64,000 nt of DNA from Alphaproteobacteria bacterium (GCA_016783965.1 JADHVO010000011.1:4229-68228), one strand, 5' to 3'; counted from the stretch's first letter, positions 17,761 to 27,298 are shown. Numbers and translations: made by a program. The notes: generated by a model from the sequence alone, not told the origin.

Positions 17761-19095
17761 TCAAGCTTTGAGCCCGTTAGGCGCGGACGCCTTACAAAGT
17801 GCGACGGTCGTCGCCGCCGCCGTCGCTAACGCACGTACGGGCTCGATCTGAAGCGGTTCCTTGAGGTCGAAGCGATGTGATGTGCTGGACGAAACCGACA
17901 GAACTCCCCAGACGGCATCCTGCACCGTGATTGGAAATGCCATGACTGACGCCCATTTCGGTCGTTCCTGCCGTTGTCCCGCGAACAGTTCACGCCAAAA
18001 AGGGTCCTTCCTCGCGCCTGCAATAGCATTCTCGTAGAGAGGCAGATCAAGGTACGGGACGATGATGTCCTGTTTTAGCCGATAGGAAGCGCCGACAACG
18101 CCCTCGCCCTCGCGCCAGCTGGGAAGCGCGCCCGCATCTCCGCCATCGCTTCTTGCTATCGCGTGCAGCCGATCGTCACTCGATCCGATCTCCCCTTCCC
18201 TTGCATAAAACGCGATCGACCATACCTCGCCCTTCTCAAAGCCAAGCGCTATCGCGATCGATCGCTCAACGGAGCGCAAGAGTTTCTGTAACCCGTCCGC
18301 TACGGAGGATGGCGGATTTGCCATAAGCGCCTGCAGAGCCATTTGGCTGTCGGTGGCGATGCGATAAGCGGTGACCGCCCGCTCGACACCTTTCTCCAAT
18401 GCGGTAACGTCCGCTGCTGAACCAGTGGCAGGTGTCGCATGAGCAATAGTCTCGCGCGCCAGATTTTCGATTGGCGGCATCGCTCCGAAGTGTTGTTTGA
18501 CGAGACCCTTCAATTCTTCGAGGTCGGCTGCGTGCCGCTTCTGGTATTCCAGAATCTTGTCGTCGGCGCGCCAGCTGAGTCGGCCACGTAACTCTGCGCA
18601 GGCATCCAGCGCCGCCGGCACCGCCATACCGAAGACCTCACGGGCGATGTCGCGCGCGGCGCCCTCATCAGAAAAGGGCGGACCGAGCCTCTCGACGATC
18701 GCATCCCGAAGACGTTCGACCAGCTGCCCCTCGCCAAAGAGCGCCACAGCCCAATCGAGTGAGTCCGTCTGCCAGACATCAACCTTTTGCTCCAGGAGGC
18801 GTATCGTTTTGCGCAGCACTACGTCGTCGTACTCGCCGGACTTCAGGGCCGTCTTTCCGGTCGCCGCAATGACACGTCGTAGCGCAGCTGTCGATGCCGC
18901 GTCCTTCTTGAGAAACTGGCCCAGTGTCAAAGACGTAATGAGCGCCCCGATACCGAGGCTCCCCGAGAGCATCATGCCTTCGCCGGACGGTAGTGCCACC
19001 GTGGAGCCAATGATGGCACCAAGCGCAATGGTGCTGATCTTCTCAATGCTGGTTGTCGTCACGACATCAGCAACTGTGACTTTGCCCATCTTCAC
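17761..19095 (-). CDS. membrane-anchored protein with a C-terminal GAF-like domain
   Basis: 444 aa. N-terminal hydrophobic helices, and a C-terminal EGEGVVGASYRLKQDIIVPYLD...ASVMAFPI...WGVLSVSS pattern typical of GAF. Confidence 0.5.
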   Translation of the reverse strand: MKMGKVTVADVVTTTSIEKISTIALGAIIGSTVALPSGEGMMLSGSLGIGALITSLTLGQFLKKDAASTAALRRVIAATGKTALKSGEYDDVVLRKTIRLLEQKVDVWQTDSLDWAVALFGEGQLVERLRDAIVERLGPPFSDEGAARDIAREVFGMAVPAALDACAELRGRLSWRADDKILEYQKRHAADLEELKGLVKQHFGAMPPIENLARETIAHATPATGSAADVTALEKGVERAVTAYRIATDSQMALQALMANPPSSVADGLQKLLRSVERSIAIALGFEKGEVWSIAFYAREGEIGSSDDRLHAIARSDGGDAGALPSWREGEGVVGASYRLKQDIIVPYLDLPLYENAIAGARKDPFWRELFAGQRQERPKWASVMAFPITVQDAVWGVLSVSSSTSHRFDLKEPLQIEPVRALATAAATTVALCKASAPNGLKA

Positions 19096-19154
19096 GGTCC
19101 TTCCGCGCCTGAGAAGCGTAACGCGGACAGATTTCCGTGGTCTAGCAAAGTGGA

Positions 19155-19183
19155 CAAGAAAAAGGCCCGGTTTTCACCGGGCC
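19155..19183 (-). terminator. rho-independent terminator after the ParB-like gene
   Basis: Minus strand reads GGCCCGG-TGAAAA-CCGGGCC followed by TTTTTCTT. Confidence 0.6.
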
Positions 19184-19224
19184 TTTCCCTCAAGAGGCGG
19201 GTCGGAGGAGACGCCGCCCCTCCC

Positions 19225-20910
19225 CTAGAGCTTCTTGATGAGTTTTCCCGCTTCCTTAGCGGTTTCGGCGAGACCCGAGCGGCCCTTGCCGTAGGGCACG
19301 AACGGAAACGCCATCCAGCCGGGCAACCAACGCTCCGCCTTCTTGCGACCGTTCTTGCCGCCGAGGCTGTCGATAAGCACCTGCTTCATGATCGCGGTCT
19401 TGGCGTTCGCATTGCCCTTCGCCACGTCCTTGCCAGCGACTTCCGCGATCATGGCGGAAAGCGTCGCCTTCTCGCGAATGAGCGAGAAGAAGGTCTCGTC
19501 GGGCGTCCAGTGCTTGCCGCCATCGACGCCAAGCGCAAGCCCCGCCGTCTCGATGCTTTCGGAACCGACCGCCAGTGTGTCGGCCATAATGAAGGCGGCG
19601 ATGCGCTGCACTTGCGCCTCCTTGAGAGCCATAAGGCGCACGAACACCTTCGCGGTGTTCGCGCTCTCGTTCACGGTGAGATCGAGAAGGGTTCCCACTT
19701 TCTCGCGCTCGGCTTCGAAAAGCTTCTGCGCTTCCGACTTCTCGATGCTGGCCTTCACATCGTTGGACGCACTGCGCTGCCCTTCTTGCCGCACACTCCA
19801 ATTGCCGCTTGAGGCAATCGCGTGCGCGATCAGAAGCGGCAAGGCGGTCGCCGGTGCCTCGATCAAAGCGAGACGCACGGCGGCGTGACGGTGGAGTTCG
19901 AGATAATTTTCCATCACGTTCGTCATGGCGGGACGATCTGCGGGATCGGGCTTTCCGGCCTTAGCCCTCTCCTCTTGTTTCTTCGCCTTCTCAAGATGGG
20001 CACGGCTGATCCAGCCCTCGAAAAACTCGACTTGGCCGTTCCCTGAGACGGTAACGAACACCTTGCCGCCCTTGGTCTTGGGAAGCCGCTCATGCTCCCA
20101 CTGCTGGAAGCGTTCACCGTCCGTCAGGACGATCACCTCCTCCCAGCCGTTTTCGAGATAAGCCTGCTTCCGCCACTCGATGGCGGCGCGTTGCAGTTCC
20201 CAGAAGGTCGCGGCATCGGCGAAAAACTGCTGCTCGCCGAACAGGTCGGTCTTGATCTCGCCCTTGTAGGTCTCGACCGGAAAGAGGGCGACCTTGGTCT
20301 CGACGGCGGCACCGCCCATGAGCCAATGCTTGACGTCGCTGCCGTGCGGCGCTTCGCCTTCGTCCTTAAGCCGCAGCCATTCCTTCTGCTGCGCCTTGGT
20401 CGCCATGGTGAGGTATTCGATGGTGTCGTCCTCGACCTCCTCCGAGCCGTAAAGCTCCCGGAGCTTCGGATGGAGGTTCGCCAGCGCGAGGCGCTGCTCG
20501 ACCTGTCGCTTCGGAAGGCCGAAGGTGATGGCGATCTGCTCGGGCGTCCGGCCTTCCTTGATGAGACGGTAGAAGGTCTCGAACTGCTTCATGGGCGAGG
20601 GATCGAGGCGCGCCGCATTCTCGATGAGTGAGGCTTCAAGGGCCGCCGCATCATCGCCCTGCTCCATGACGGCGCAGGGAACATCGTCAAACGCGCCCCG
20701 CTCCTCCGCGACTTTCTTAGCCGAGAAGTAGCGCCTGCGGCCTGCGATGATCTCGAAGCCCTCGGCGTTCTTCCGGACCAGAAGCGGCTGCAAGATGCCG
20801 CGCTCCCGGACGCTTGGAAGAATATCGTCGATGAAAGGAGCTTTCTTCTCGTGCCGCATATTGAGAGCCGAGATGTGAAGGTCTTTGAGAGGGATGTGTT
20901 TCAACTCCAT
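19225..20910 (-). CDS. large ParB/Srx N-terminal-domain protein (ICE/plasmid ParB-like nuclease family)
   Basis: From the internal Met: MELKHIPLKDLHISALNMRH...ILQPLLVRKNAEGFEIIAGRRRYFSAK (ParB box). About 560 aa. Confidence 0.8.
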   Translation of the reverse strand: MELKHIPLKDLHISALNMRHEKKAPFIDDILPSVRERGILQPLLVRKNAEGFEIIAGRRRYFSAKKVAEERGAFDDVPCAVMEQGDDAAALEASLIENAARLDPSPMKQFETFYRLIKEGRTPEQIAITFGLPKRQVEQRLALANLHPKLRELYGSEEVEDDTIEYLTMATKAQQKEWLRLKDEGEAPHGSDVKHWLMGGAAVETKVALFPVETYKGEIKTDLFGEQQFFADAATFWELQRAAIEWRKQAYLENGWEEVIVLTDGERFQQWEHERLPKTKGGKVFVTVSGNGQVEFFEGWISRAHLEKAKKQEERAKAGKPDPADRPAMTNVMENYLELHRHAAVRLALIEAPATALPLLIAHAIASSGNWSVRQEGQRSASNDVKASIEKSEAQKLFEAEREKVGTLLDLTVNESANTAKVFVRLMALKEAQVQRIAAFIMADTLAVGSESIETAGLALGVDGGKHWTPDETFFSLIREKATLSAMIAEVAGKDVAKGNANAKTAIMKQVLIDSLGGKNGRKKAERWLPGWMAFPFVPYGKGRSGLAETAKEAGKLIKKL

Positions 20911-21381
20911 TGTTTGTCTCCTAACTGTCCCCTTCCGCTCCGGTGAAGTCCGGGTTCGGTCGCGCACCACGCGCTCCCCAACACCGCGCATTCCCCGGAA
21001 GCAGGGTGGGCGGCGAGAAGCGGACAGAGAGACCTTTCGATTGAGGCGGGCTGCACCGCCCGCAGCTCTGCTGCCGGATGGCGGCCGGAACGAAGTGGAG
21101 GAGTTCGCGAAGCGAACTTGCGGCGCGCCGCGAAAGGTCTATCGGGACGCGACGCCCACCCTGCCCCTCCGGGAATTGCCAAATCGAATGAGGCGCCGCG
21201 CAGCGGCGACCTTATATCTGCGTCAGGGATCGAAGCCCGAAGGGCCGAGACACGGCGAGACGGGGCTCGGCACGCGAGAGCCCGGCCGCGAGGCGGGACG
21301 CCTGACGCCTATCCCGTATCAAAAGGTGTCAAATTCCCGGCGGGCTTCACTTATAAAGCGCGGTCTCTCAGGGGGGCATGC

Positions 21382-22344
21382 ATGACAGCCATCAAAGATG
21401 CCGTCGGTGCAGACGGCCGGCCGTTTCGCAGGGTCTGGATCAAGGCATTCTGGGGTTTTGATCCCGAAAACGAAGGCTTCCTCGGCTTCACGCGCGAGGG
21501 CGACAGAAAGCGGCTCTTCGACCAATATCGAGCCGGCGACTTAATCCTCATCTACGGGACGAAAGGCGGCCGCACCGAACGGGAGGATCGCGGCAAAGCC
21601 CTCGGATTTCTTGAGGTGGTCCCTGATGCGATCGACTGGCGCACGCGCATTTCGGAAGAAGCACTCAACTGGAAACGCAAGCAAGGCGCTCTCGAAAAGT
21701 GGAATTTCGCTATGCCCGTGCGCCGCGCCTGGCGCGTCACGCCTGGCCAGGCGCTTCTCGATATCGAAAAGCTCGCGCCCCAGACCTATGAACGATCGAA
21801 TGTCCAGAACATTGCAACGCGCGGCAAGCTGCTGACGGACGCCGAAGCCCGCGCCGCACTCCGCCTTGAAGTTGCAGAGACCGCGGTCTTTGCCTCGCCC
21901 GATGCGCCGGATGTGGAAAAACCGCTTGCCGAAGACGGCTATCGCCCCTCGCGCGGCCTCGTTGGAGCGCCGGGCGAGCGCACGGTGGTCGTCGAAGACG
22001 GGCCCTGCAAGATCTATCTCATGCGCTGGCAGGGAGAAGCTGCGCACCTTCTCGGCACGCGTTTCGGTGACGTTCGCATGCTGACCGTCCTCAAGGTCGG
22101 CATGTCGAGCGATCCGGCCCGGCGCTGTCTTGGCCTCAACAGCAGCCTGCCCCCTGCAGGGGTGGCGCGGTGGACGGTCGTCGCCGAGTCGAACTTCTAT
22201 CCGAACATCGACGCCGCCAAGAAGAGAGAAGACCGCCTGAAGTCCCTCTTCGATCAGCATTTCAAAAGCCTCGGCGGAGAGTATTTCCTGGCGCCCTTGC
22301 AAGAAGCAGGTAAGCGCTTCCTGGCGCTCGCCGAAACCGGATAG
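21382..22344 (+). CDS. PUA/EVE-like N-terminal domain fused to a T5orf172 / GIY-YIG-like C-terminal domain
   Basis: Start at internal ATG 21382. N-terminus: RRVWIKAFWGF...AGDLILIYGT...GKALGFLEVV. C-terminus: KIYLMRW...LKVGMSSDPARRCLGLNS...AKKREDRLKSLF...LGGEYF. Confidence 0.5.
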   Translation: MTAIKDAVGADGRPFRRVWIKAFWGFDPENEGFLGFTREGDRKRLFDQYRAGDLILIYGTKGGRTEREDRGKALGFLEVVPDAIDWRTRISEEALNWKRKQGALEKWNFAMPVRRAWRVTPGQALLDIEKLAPQTYERSNVQNIATRGKLLTDAEARAALRLEVAETAVFASPDAPDVEKPLAEDGYRPSRGLVGAPGERTVVVEDGPCKIYLMRWQGEAAHLLGTRFGDVRMLTVLKVGMSSDPARRCLGLNSSLPPAGVARWTVVAESNFYPNIDAAKKREDRLKSLFDQHFKSLGGEYFLAPLQEAGKRFLALAETG

Positions 22345-22449
22345 CGGCAAGGGCGATCGAAGCGTAGAGCATTCCTCAGGGTCATCGCGGCCAGCGGGCC
22401 GCTCTTAAGGCGCATCCAACGGGATCGGAGTGCCTGCACGGAGAATGCC

Positions 22450-23913
22450 ATGCCGACCAGAATGAGCCGATACCGGTTCGACGCACTCGCAGACTGGTGC
22501 CGCGTGCCGGGAACGCGTCACCTGTTACCGACCGTCGCTGCGTTCTCGACGATGGACGAGAAAGCGCTCGGCGTCGTGTTCTATGACAAGACTCTAGGCA
22601 AAGGGCTCGGCGAAGCGGGACTCTTCGGCTACGTGCTGCTCGGCCGCGACGCTTTCAGCCGCTATCAGATATTTGACCGGCGCGGCCCCTACATCACGGC
22701 GCGGGCTGCGAACAAGGCGGTCCTAGCCCGGCTTGGCGAATTCGAAGGCAAGGCGCCGGCCGTGCCGATGAGCCCCAAGGCTAAGCGCGGTGTCGACCTC
22801 TTCTCGCTTATCAAGGGCGTTAAGAACCTCGATGAAAAATTCATCAACCTCCGCGACAGCGTGACCTCGTCTGCCGCCCGCGAGCTTCTCACGGAGATCT
22901 CGTACTGGTTTGTCGACCGCGACGGCAATTTCGCGAAGGATTTCCAAACGACCGGGTTCGACGGGCGCTTGTGGGAGCTTTATCTCTTCGCCACGTTCAC
23001 GGCGATGGATTTTGAATTCAACGGCTCAAGCGCTGTTCCGGACTTTTGCCTCGCAAGAGACGGAAAGAAGGTTTTCGTTGAAGCGACAACCGCGAACGCA
23101 ACGGCAAACGTCAAGCCGTCTATCAAGGGCGCGCCACCGCCACCGCCGGACGATTTGCGAGGATACAATGAGAAGGAGATGGTTCTGAAGTTTGGCTCTC
23201 CGCTCGAATCCAAGGTGAAGAAGGCCTACTGGGACCTCCCCAACGTCAAAGGCCATCCCTTCGTCATCGCGATTGCGGACTTCCATGCGCCGGCGTCGAT
23301 GGTCTGGTCGCAGTCGGCACTCCAGATTTATCTCTACGGCTTTGGCGTCGAGCAGTACGAAGAAGGCGGTAAAATCCGCTGGCGCGAAAAGAGGCTAGAC
23401 AGCCACGTCGTCGGCGCCAAGACCATCCCGAGCAACTTTTTCGGGCAGGAGCGCCACAAGCATATCTCGGCGATCCTCTCTTCCAATGCCGGCACGCACG
23501 CCAAGTTCAACCGGATGGGTGTCCAGGCCGGCTTCGGCAACGATGCCGTTCAGCTCGTCCGTGCGGGCGGACTCCACGTTCCAGGTGACTTTGCCTATGA
23601 GCCGGAGCCGTTCCGGATCAATGTCGAAGACCCGGACTACTCGGAAGACTGGGACGACGAGCTTTGCGTCTTTCACAATCCCAATGCCGTCACGCCGCTT
23701 GGTGATGAGATGTTTCGCACCGCCGCCAACTATCGGCTCATCGACGGCGAAGTTCTGTGGACGTCGCCAAAGCGTCCCGTCTTGTTCTCGAGCACGCGTT
23801 CGCTCGCTTTTCCTGGGGGCGGCGTCGACGATATCCAACCCGCGAAGAAACCGAAGGCCGCGGAGGGCAAGACGGCGAAGAAGCAGAAGCGAACCATCAA
23901 GAAGGCGCGATGA
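22450..23913 (+). CDS. hypothetical protein with a PD-(D/E)xK-like core and a Lys-rich tail
   Basis: 487 aa. LWELYLFATF...AVPDFCLARDGKKVFVEATT gives an E...PD...E-x-T pattern. C-terminal KKPKAAEGKTAKKQKRTIKKAR. Confidence 0.5.
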   Translation: MPTRMSRYRFDALADWCRVPGTRHLLPTVAAFSTMDEKALGVVFYDKTLGKGLGEAGLFGYVLLGRDAFSRYQIFDRRGPYITARAANKAVLARLGEFEGKAPAVPMSPKAKRGVDLFSLIKGVKNLDEKFINLRDSVTSSAARELLTEISYWFVDRDGNFAKDFQTTGFDGRLWELYLFATFTAMDFEFNGSSAVPDFCLARDGKKVFVEATTANATANVKPSIKGAPPPPPDDLRGYNEKEMVLKFGSPLESKVKKAYWDLPNVKGHPFVIAIADFHAPASMVWSQSALQIYLYGFGVEQYEEGGKIRWREKRLDSHVVGAKTIPSNFFGQERHKHISAILSSNAGTHAKFNRMGVQAGFGNDAVQLVRAGGLHVPGDFAYEPEPFRINVEDPDYSEDWDDELCVFHNPNAVTPLGDEMFRTAANYRLIDGEVLWTSPKRPVLFSSTRSLAFPGGGVDDIQPAKKPKAAEGKTAKKQKRTIKKAR

Positions 23914-24745
23914 CGCCTTTCCGTGGCGTACCCTGCGCGGCGTTCGAAGTGCGCGCCCAAGCCCTCCAGAGCTTGATCCGTCTCAAATAGGCCTTGCGCG
24001 CGGCGGGGAGAACGGCCGGGCCGAGCGCGAAACGGAGCGGCGGTTTCTCGGCATCGACGATGGCGAGGATTGCGGCCGCGGTCGCCTCGGGATCGCCTTG
24101 CTCCAAGCCCGCCAGCCGCCTTTGCGAATTGGTGCGCAGCTCCTGATAGGCCGGAAGATTGGGAACGGGATCGCGCGGCACCCTGCCCGCGAACCCAGTC
24201 GCAAAATTTCCCGGCTCGATCAGCGTCACTCTGACGCCAAATGGCTCGACCTCCAGCGCAAGGCTCTCATGCAATGCTTCGATCGCAAATTTCGTGGCGC
24301 TGTAAGCACCCAAGAGAGGTTTTGCCACAATCCCGAGTCCACTTGAGACGCCAAGAATGTGACCCCCACCCTGCTCTCGCAGCAGCGGCAGCACCGCTTG
24401 GATCACCCGGAGCGGACCGAAATAATTGATATCGAAAAGGGCGCGCACCTGATCCTCGCGGCACTCTTCGATCGCACCGATCAGGGTGTCGCCAGCGTTA
24501 TTCACCACCACGTCAAGCCGCCCGAACTTGGATCGCGCGCAACCGACTGCCTCAATGACCTCGTCCGGCCTGGTCACGTCCAGCGGGATCAGCAGAACTC
24601 TGTCGCCGAATTGCTTCGAAAGCCCCTCCACACTTGCCAGATTGCGCGCGGTAGCCACAACCCTATCTCCACGCCGGAGTGCGGCCTCGGTCCAGATCCG
24701 GCCGAGGCCGCGGGATGCGCCGGTGATAAACCAGACCTTGCTCAT
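23897..24745 (-). CDS. short-chain dehydrogenase/reductase (SDR)
   Basis: MSKVWFITGASRGLGR (TGxxxGxG), NNAG and YSATK catalytic motifs. Confidence 0.9.
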   Translation of the reverse strand: MSKVWFITGASRGLGRIWTEAALRRGDRVVATARNLASVEGLSKQFGDRVLLIPLDVTRPDEVIEAVGCARSKFGRLDVVVNNAGDTLIGAIEECREDQVRALFDINYFGPLRVIQAVLPLLREQGGGHILGVSSGLGIVAKPLLGAYSATKFAIEALHESLALEVEPFGVRVTLIEPGNFATGFAGRVPRDPVPNLPAYQELRTNSQRRLAGLEQGDPEATAAAILAIVDAEKPPLRFALGPAVLPAARKAYLRRIKLWRAWARTSNAAQGTPRKGVIAPS

Positions 24746-24832
24746 CCATCCTCCTCCTCAAGTACACAGAGGAACATCATAGCGGAGTTCACTGAGGCGA
24801 GCGCCTAGCCGCGCTGCGGAGCCGTTTTTGGC

Positions 24833-25389
24833 CTAGCGGTCGATCCGCAAAAGGCGCGATCGGATGGCGATCAATGCCCAACTTCCACCAAGCATCCAGC
24901 CAGCAAGGACATCGCTTGGCCAATGGGCACCCAGATAGATGCGGCTCAAGCCAATGAGAAGGCAGAGTGTCGCCGCGATCGCAAAGACAGTCGCGTTCGC
25001 GTGTCGGCTATGCTGTGAGCGGGACAACAGAGCAGCTATCACCAGATAGGTCGTCGTAGACACGCTGGTATGCCCGCTCGGAAAACTGTTCGACAAGACG
25101 TCGATGCCGGCAATCGCGAAGTCAGGACGTGGCCTCCCATAGAGATACTTGAAGAGGCTAGCCCTTAGGCGGGGCGCGTGTTTTCTTCGATAGCAAGAAC
25201 TGCTCGAAGGATGGCCGAAAGGAAGAACATCGCGGCGGACATCGCAAATCGCCAAAGAAAGGCAGGATCATCTGTCATGGCAGGCGACCGAAGCGCATCC
25301 GCAAGGACGTCAACGACAATGCCGAAACCGCCACCAATCATGCCGGAATATGAGAGATAGACGAGCCACCGAAATTTTTTCCCCATCAC
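24833..25389 (-). pseudogene. PAP2-family phosphatase, apparently frameshifted
   Basis: KYLYGRPRP, PSGH and SRIYLGAHWPSD motifs lie in ORF 24833-25255. The TM-rich N-terminal part lies in another frame (25165-25389). The frames switch near 25165-25190. Confidence 0.55.
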
Positions 25390-25739
25390 GCATCACCGGC
25401 CTTGAAGCGAAGTCTTTGGCGCTCGATTTGCTCGGCAAGAAGAGCGCCGATGATCACGACAGAACCAATCGCGATCGCGATACCGGCGCCACCATAACTA
25501 TCCACCGAAAGCCTCAGATAGAGGGGCATCGCGTCCGTGTTGGGCGTCATAAAGCCGGTGCGCAGGAAATTCACGCCAAACGGGGCGAGCACCACCACGG
25601 CAATGCCATGAATGACGCGCATGACGTTGGCATTGAAAAGCCATTTGATCATCGCGCTTGCAAGGCCGAGCGGGACGACCACTCCTACGAGAATGAGCCA
25701 CGGCAAGAGATAGAGGAGAATGATGTCCGAAAGTGCCAC
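25386..25739 (-). CDS. hypothetical membrane protein
   Basis: 117 aa with 3-4 TM helices. 4-nt overlap with the downstream PAP2 N-terminal ORF. Confidence 0.45.
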   Translation of the reverse strand: MALSDIILLYLLPWLILVGVVVPLGLASAMIKWLFNANVMRVIHGIAVVVLAPFGVNFLRTGFMTPNTDAMPLYLRLSVDSYGGAGIAIAIGSVVIIGALLAEQIERQRLRFKAGDA

Positions 25740-25748
25740 GACCGCCTC

Positions 25749-26339
25749 CTATACGTTGTCTTGCTGCTCAAGCCATTCGCGGCGCAGTGAGATTTTGTCG
25801 CTCCAAAGCGCGAAGTGCAGCGCCGTGGCGAGCCCAATCGGGAGCAACCAAAGGCCCCATTTGGTGATCCCGGTATCGGCTTGTGTATCCATCAGCACGA
25901 CGGCAAGCGTCACGCTCGGCAAGAGCACCCGCCACAGATGCCGAAGGCCGAAATAGATGATGCGCTCATGCAGGCGAAACTCGATCCGCGTCACGGCGAG
26001 ATAGGCAATCCCGAGTCCTGCAAGCCCCGCGGCTACAAGGCCAACCCAGTTAAAATAGAGCCAGTGCTGATCGAAGAGAAAAATCGGCGACGGGTCGTGC
26101 CAGATCACGCCGATACCCGCTGAGAAAATGACCGTGAGCAGAAACACGCCCAGAAGAACGGCCACGGTCGCGAGCGGATAAAGAGCAATGAATGCGAATA
26201 TACCGGCCGCCGCAACGGCCGCCGCCAGGGCGGCTACCAGGATAAGGAGGCCGCCTGCAGCACTCCCCCCGGCCGAGGAGGAGTTTGAATTTGTGGCTTG
26301 CCCGTGAACAAAGCCGCTCCAATAGTCATCCGCCATGGC
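25749..26339 (-). CDS. hypothetical membrane protein
   Basis: From the internal Met MADDYWSGFVHG.... Multiple TM helices. Confidence 0.45.
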   Translation of the reverse strand, partial: AMADDYWSGFVHGQATNSNSSSAGGSAAGGLLILVAALAAAVAAAGIFAFIALYPLATVAVLLGVFLLTVIFSAGIGVIWHDPSPIFLFDQHWLYFNWVGLVAAGLAGLGIAYLAVTRIEFRLHERIIYFGLRHLWRVLLPSVTLAVVLMDTQADTGITKWGLWLLPIGLATALHFALWSDKISLRREWLEQQDNV

Positions 26340-26394
26340 TAGCTCCCTTCGTCGACCTAGTCGGCCGTTCCTGCCGAGTGGTCGCACTCTAGCG

Positions 26395-26445
26395 CAATAT
26401 CGGATTATCCAATATCGGATTTTTCAATATCGGAACATCCGATAT
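26395..26445. promoter_or_regulatory. iterated operator: three CAATATCGGA direct repeats at 15-bp spacing plus an inverted copy
   Basis: CAATATCGGA occurs at 26395, 26410 and 26425. ATATCGGA-ACA-TCCGATAT is a perfect palindrome at 26427-26445. The site lies between divergent membrane-protein and XRE genes. Confidence 0.55.
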
Positions 26446-26452
26446 AGCTGAT

Positions 26453-26734
26453 TTGCCCGCGGCTCTTTCCGCGGGAGAATCCTTGGTGTGGTTCACACCC
26501 AAAGACCACAAGGCGCTGGGCGCGCACTTAGCAGAGGTGCGCACCAAGGCCGGTGTCAGCCAGGATGAGCTGGCCAAGCGGCTGAAAAAGCCCCAGAGCT
26601 TTATCTCATCCTATGAGGGCGGCCAGCGGCGGCTAGATCTCCTTGAGCTCATCAAGGTGATCGGTGCCATCGGCGCCGATGCCAAGAAGGTCGTGCGAGA
26701 TCTCGTGGACGTCGCCGCCCGCTTAGACCGCTAG
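26453..26734 (+). CDS. XRE-family HTH transcriptional regulator
   Basis: LGAHLAEVRTKAGVSQDELAKRLKKPQSFISSYEGGQRRLDLLEL. The true start is probably TTG/GTG near 26483-26486, after a GGGAGA Shine-Dalgarno. Confidence 0.8.
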   Translation: MPAALSAGESLVWFTPKDHKALGAHLAEVRTKAGVSQDELAKRLKKPQSFISSYEGGQRRLDLLELIKVIGAIGADAKKVVRDLVDVAARLDR

Positions 26735-27210
26735 AGCGTACGCGCACTAGGAACAATAAGGCGGCGAAGACCTCGGATTTGGGCAGCGATGTGGCCTATC
26801 GCTGCTGGCACCCTATCGCCGAGCGACTGCTGCGGTGGTTCTGGTAGGTCGTCTTGTACACGCCGCTGCATCACCTGAAAACCAGCAAGTCTGAAGATCG
26901 GATGGTCGCTCCGACGGGTGCCGCTCTGCGCGGCCGGGAAAGTCGGGAAACGGGCTACAACACTATTTTGGCAGCGAAACCGCGTGAGTGGTCGATAGAC
27001 GCGGTCGCCGTCAGCCTTCAGTGCGATAAACACTTCATACCGGCGCAAAACAACGTCGCCGGAGAAGCCGCGCTCACGGCGAAGCAATTCCGCCTGATAA
27101 AGATCAAAGTACTCGTGCGTCTCTGGACAACGGTGATAGCCCCAGCGCGGCACACCCACGATTTGGCCTTGCATGAACGGCTGATGGGTGAGGTGTTCGT
27201 AGCGCAGCAT
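26731..27210 (-). CDS. hypothetical protein
   Basis: The internal start MLRYEHLTHQPF... avoids overlap with the upstream gene. No recognisable motifs. Confidence 0.35.
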   Translation of the reverse strand: MLRYEHLTHQPFMQGQIVGVPRWGYHRCPETHEYFDLYQAELLRRERGFSGDVVLRRYEVFIALKADGDRVYRPLTRFRCQNSVVARFPTFPAAQSGTRRSDHPIFRLAGFQVMQRRVQDDLPEPPQQSLGDRVPAAIGHIAAQIRGLRRLIVPSARTL

Positions 27211-27298
27211 AAGGCTCCTGAGATGCAGGAGCCATGATATCAGCTGGAGATGAAAGTATTTAGCGGAATCCGCCGTATACGGACTAACCCCCTGCCCT

